Shown: positions 60,085-64,000 of the stretch, in pieces
How the letters are laid out: each line of letters begins with the position of its first letter
Position numbering within the stretch: the first letter of the stretch is position 1
Assembly: GCA_030390025.1 (NCBI GenBank)
Contig: CM059431.1
Location: 123,010,001 to 123,074,000, forward strand
Length of the DNA: 64,000 nucleotides
Reading direction: 5' to 3'
DNA from: Squalus acanthias
Taxonomy: Eukaryota
Program-made: the position numbers and the translations under genes
Notes under the pieces: model-generated
Seen by the model: the letters and a program-made list of their open reading frames with translations, nothing else
The model's database searches: none
What the model was told of the DNA's origin: nothing

Positions 60085-61060
60085 ATAGAAACATAGAAGA
60101 TAGGAGCAGGAGTAGGCCATTCGGCCCCTCGAGCCTGTTCCGCCATTTAATTAGATCATGGCTGATCATCCAAATTCAGTACCCTGTCCCTGCTTTCTCC
60201 CCATTTCCCTTGATCCCTTTAGCCTTAAGAAATATATCTAACTCTTTCTTGAATATATTTAATGAATTGGCCTCAACTGCCTTGTGTGGTAGAGAATTCC
60301 ACAGGTTCACCACTCTCTGGGTGAAGAAATTCCTCCTCATCTCAGTCCTAAATGGCTTACCCCTTATCCTTAGACTGTGACCCCTGGTTCCCCCACCATC
60401 GGGAACATCCTTCCTGCATCTAGTCTGTCTAGTCCTGTTAGAATTTTATAAGTTTCAATGAGATCCCCTCTCATTCTTCTAAACTCTAGCGAATATAAGC
60501 CGAATCGACCCAATCTCTCCTCATACGTCATTCCTGCCATCCCAGGTATCAGTCTGGTGAATCTTCGCTGCACTCTCTCCATGGCAAGAACATCCTTCCT
60601 CAGATATGGTGACCAAAACTGCACACAATACTCAAGGTGTGGTCTCACCAAGGCCCTGTCCAACTGCAGCAAGACATCCTTGCTCCTGTACTCGAATCCT
60701 CTCGCTATGAAGGCCAACATACCATTTGCCTTTTTAACCACCTGCTGCACCTGCATGCTTACCTTCAGCGACTGGTGCACAAAGATACCCAGGTCTCGTT
60801 GCACTTCCCCTTTTCCCAATCTATTGCCATTCAGATAATAATCTGTGTTCCTGTTTTTGCCACCGAAGTGGATAACCTCGCATTTATCCACATTATACTG
60901 CATTTGCCATGCATCTGCCCAATCACCCAACCTGTCCAAATCATACTGGAGCTTCTCTGCATCCTCCTCACAGCACACACACCCACCCAGCTTTGTGTCG
61001 TCTGCAAACTTGGAGATATTACATCTAGTTCCCTCGTCTAGATCATTTATATATATTGTG
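60085..61060 (-). mobile_element. CR1 LINE 3' fragment nested in LINE
   Basis: ORF 60370..60978 (CR1 ORF2 C-terminus); (CATAGAAA) tail; short duplication AATAC either side. Confidence 0.92.
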
Positions 61061-61771
61061 AATACTGTGGCAACAAGAGCAAGTCAGAGGCTAGATATTC
61101 TGCGGCGAGTGTCTCAGCTCCTGACTCCCCAAAGTCTTTCCATCATCTACAAGGCATAAGTAAGGAGTGTGATGGAATACTCTCCACTTGCCTGGATGAG
61201 TGCAGCTCCAACAATACTCAAGAAGCTCGACACCATCCAGGACAAAGCAGCCCGCTTGGTTGGCACACCAACCACCACCTTAAACATTCACTCCCTCCAC
61301 CACCGGCGTACCGTGGCTGCAGTGTGTACCATCTACAAGATGCACTGCAGCAACTCACCAAGGCTTCTTCGGCAGCACCTCCCAAACCCGCGACCTCTTC
61401 CACATAGAAGGACAAGGGCAGGAGGTGCATGGGAACACCACCTCCTCCAAGTTCCCCTCCAAGTCACAAACCACCCTGACTTAGAAGTATATCACCGATC
61501 CTTCATTGTCGATCGGTCAAAATCCTGGAACTCCCTACCTAACAGCACTGTGGGAGTACCTTCACCACACGGACTGCTGCGGTCCAAGAAGGCGGCTCTC
61601 CACCACCTTCTCAAGGGCAATTAGGGATGGGCAATAAATGCTGGCCTTGTCAGCGATGCCCACATCCCATAAATGAGTAAAAGAAAATCCATCCTCAGCT
61701 GCCAGGGTGAAACATGGGGGGCATATTATACTGGCAGAAGATGAAGGAGTCACAGCAGCTCCCTGGGTTTA

Positions 61772-61882
61772 AAAAGAAAGAAAGACTTGCATTTATATAG
61801 TGCCTTTCACGACCACCGGACGTCTCAAAGTGCTTTACAACCAATCAAGTATTTTTGAAGTATAGTCACTGTTGTAATGTAG
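61772..61882 (-). mobile_element. Deu-domain SINE 3' tail fragment
   Basis: AAAGAAAGACTTGCATTTATATAGTGCCTTTCACGACC..GTCACTGTTGTAATGTAGG. Confidence 0.8.
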
Positions 61883-61889
61883 GTATCGG

Positions 61890-62620
61890 GCTTATATCTG
61901 CATGAACCTGTTCCTGTGGTTGCAGATGAATTGAACATCGATGAAATAGAAACCCTGATGGCTATGTGTATGGCACCCTGCACTTGTGGAAAGTCAACCA
62001 GAGCTGCAAATCCCAATGCTACAAAGTATTTACAGCACAGAAGCAGGCATTTTGGCCCAATAGATCCATGCCGGTGCTATGCTGCACAAGAGTCTCCTCC
62101 CACCCTGCTTCATCGAACCCCATTAACATATCCTTCTCCCCATCTGACTGCTGCCATCAGTTGGACAGAGATATAGCGACTGGCCCTGGCAAATAACGCA
62201 TCGGTCACCTGACTGATGCGTTTGTGGGTGTCTAATTGCAACACCCTCGATATGGCCCCTGTAGCAGCCTGGAATGATCCAGAGGCGTAAAAGTTCAGGT
62301 CACTTTCAATGCCACTGCCACGGCATGGCTGCCAGTCCCAACAGGCAGGGTATCTTCCTCAAGGAGGCTGCCGAGGTCCGCGACCACCTGCTTTGACAAT
62401 CTGAGCCTGCTGAATTACTGCTCTTCAGACAGGTCAAGGAAGCTGAGCCTCTGTCTGTGCACCCTGTGAGCATACCCGCTCTGTTGCTGCCTTCTCTGTG
62501 GCCCACCTGAATATCCTTCTTTAGCACGCCCTTGCTGCTGCTGCTGCTCTTCCTCCTTCTCCTCCTCACTCCAGTAGAGTATAGCTGGAGCAGCAACCAT
62601 CATCAGCTTCTTGGATTTTT
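61890..62620 (-). pseudogene. Harbinger transposase N-terminal relic
   Basis: QRLSFLDLSEEQ, LNFYASGSFQAATG, GFAALVDFPQVQGAIHIA fragments. Confidence 0.75.
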
Positions 62621-63616
62621 CTCAGAAGATTATCAAAAACACAACCCAAAACAAACAGTGATCACAGAATCACCGCTCACAATGAAGTGAAAGAGCACCT
62701 GTGAGTGTAGCCACTTTATTCAAATCGTACCCCCTGTACTTTCAGCACTGTGATCAATCAGCATCCAATCCACCAGGGTTCCCCTCGCAACCTTGCCGTC
62801 CTGCGTGAAACCCATGCTGCATACGTTAAAATCACATTGGGGTCCTAATTTCATCATAGGACCCCGATTTACACGAGCTTTCCACCTCTCTACAGCAGGA
62901 GTCACGTCAAACACGATACTCGCCGTGGTTAATATTACGTTGGTGGTAGGATCGCCATTTCCGACCATCCTGCCTGTCGTGGGAGGGGAGATTCAAACTG
63001 AGGCCAAAATTTCTGTACCAGAGAAACAGGTGGAAAATTGGCAGTCATTTTATTTTAAAAATTACATTGAATGATTGATATAGATCTGTACCTAAAACCT
63101 GCCATGTCAAAGTTAACATCTGGGCCTAGACATTCAATGGCGTGCACCCATTTTCTAGGTGCCAAACGGGCGCCTAAGCATCCAATGTGGCGGGCGGGGA
63201 GCATGCGCTCATTACATGCCAGAAGTATGCCGCCTGCCATATTAGTGAAGGCAGAAAAATAGGGAGCCAAGGCCCACACCTTAAACAGGCATCAGTTCCT
63301 TTGCATATGCAAGTCGGGGGCTTAACGGGCTGCCCTGAACGCAGCTGACACCAGGCTGGCTGCATTCAGGAAAATATGGTCTACACGTAGCCAAACCTTA
63401 AAGGGACCGCTGCAGGCCGCCACCAAAATTAAGTTTTAAAAAAATACTTACTTCATTGTGAAGCCGGGAGGTGCGGATGTGCTCCACATTCATGTAAGTA
63501 CTTTTTTTTAAATGCTTTGTATTTGGCAAAAGATGCAATAGTTCAGATTGCAATTTATTTGTCTTTAAGCTCTGTGTCAATTTACAATTAGATTCCAGTC
63601 CTGTGGAAGAATCTTT

Positions 63617-64000
63617 GGGGGAAAAATTGGGTTGATTTGCGCCTCTCATTAGTGCCCACGGGGGGGCGCTAACCGGGCTCAAATGCCCTAGCGCCCGGTC
63701 ACGGCGCCGCTAATGCCTCCCGCGAAATTCAGCGGCAGGTTAGAGGCAGTGGTAACCGGTAGTGCCCCGCGATGATGTTATCGCCGTGCGCGGCGCCCCG
63801 CTTGCGCCCCGGCCACAGACTTCCCTTGCGCCCTTGACCTATCGCCGAACGACATGTCCGACAGGGTCAGGGGGCGTTTTTGCAGTGGCGGTGGCGGTAG
63901 TTATAGGGGCAGGTGTCGGGCGGCCATTTTTTTGGGGCCGACTGCCAGCACCTGCCCCCTTTCCCTTTTTTTCAGGGTGCCGGCCACGATCGCTCAGTCC
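63617..64000. mobile_element. GC/CpG-rich element with Harbinger-type terminus, runs off window end
   Basis: Begins GGGGGAAAAATTGGG like the TIR at 47725, abrupt switch to GC-rich sequence. Confidence 0.55.

Larger units (their letters stand above)
58773..61685 (+). mobile_element. CR1-group LINE with LF-SINE-type tail (pieces 58773-58968, 59984-60084, 61061-61685), same family as 10995-13293
   Basis: GMFADDCTVF..WADKWQVTF, MMEYSPLAWMSAAP..LHHRRTVAAVCTIYK; host rejoins across both inserts. Confidence 0.9.

Noticed and set aside
1..64000. CRISPR arrays, rRNA, prokaryotic operons
   Set aside because: No regularly spaced repeat-spacer array, rRNA similarity or prokaryotic gene density; the sequence is vertebrate repeat-rich DNA.

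Overview
Eukaryotic, repeat-dominated DNA with no recognisable host protein-coding gene (intergenic or deep intronic). The repeat complement (Deu-domain SacSINE1/AmnSINE1-type SINEs, LF-SINE-like SINEs with a LINE sharing their tail, CR1 LINEs with (CATAGAAA)n/(ATCATAGA)n tails, RTE LINEs, Penelope-like elements, many PIF/Harbinger elements) points to a cartilaginous fish, probably a shark (inference; species not determinable). All protein-like ORFs are transposon-derived and degenerate. Most notable: (1) eight copies of a ~750 bp Harbinger-type non-autonomous element whose internal hairpins show compensatory substitutions, with promoter motifs and strand-specific splice signals; (2) 3-bp target site duplications of these DNA transposons that repeatedly differ only at the central A/T; (3) three divergent 1.0-1.7 kb solo LTRs with 4-bp TSDs sharing a GGTGAGCAT splice-donor motif upstream of AATAAA; (4) a 457-bp-arm Penelope foldback with two minimal hammerhead ribozymes; (5) a structurally complete but decayed two-gene Harbinger. 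Boundaries of old repeats are approximate (read by eye).
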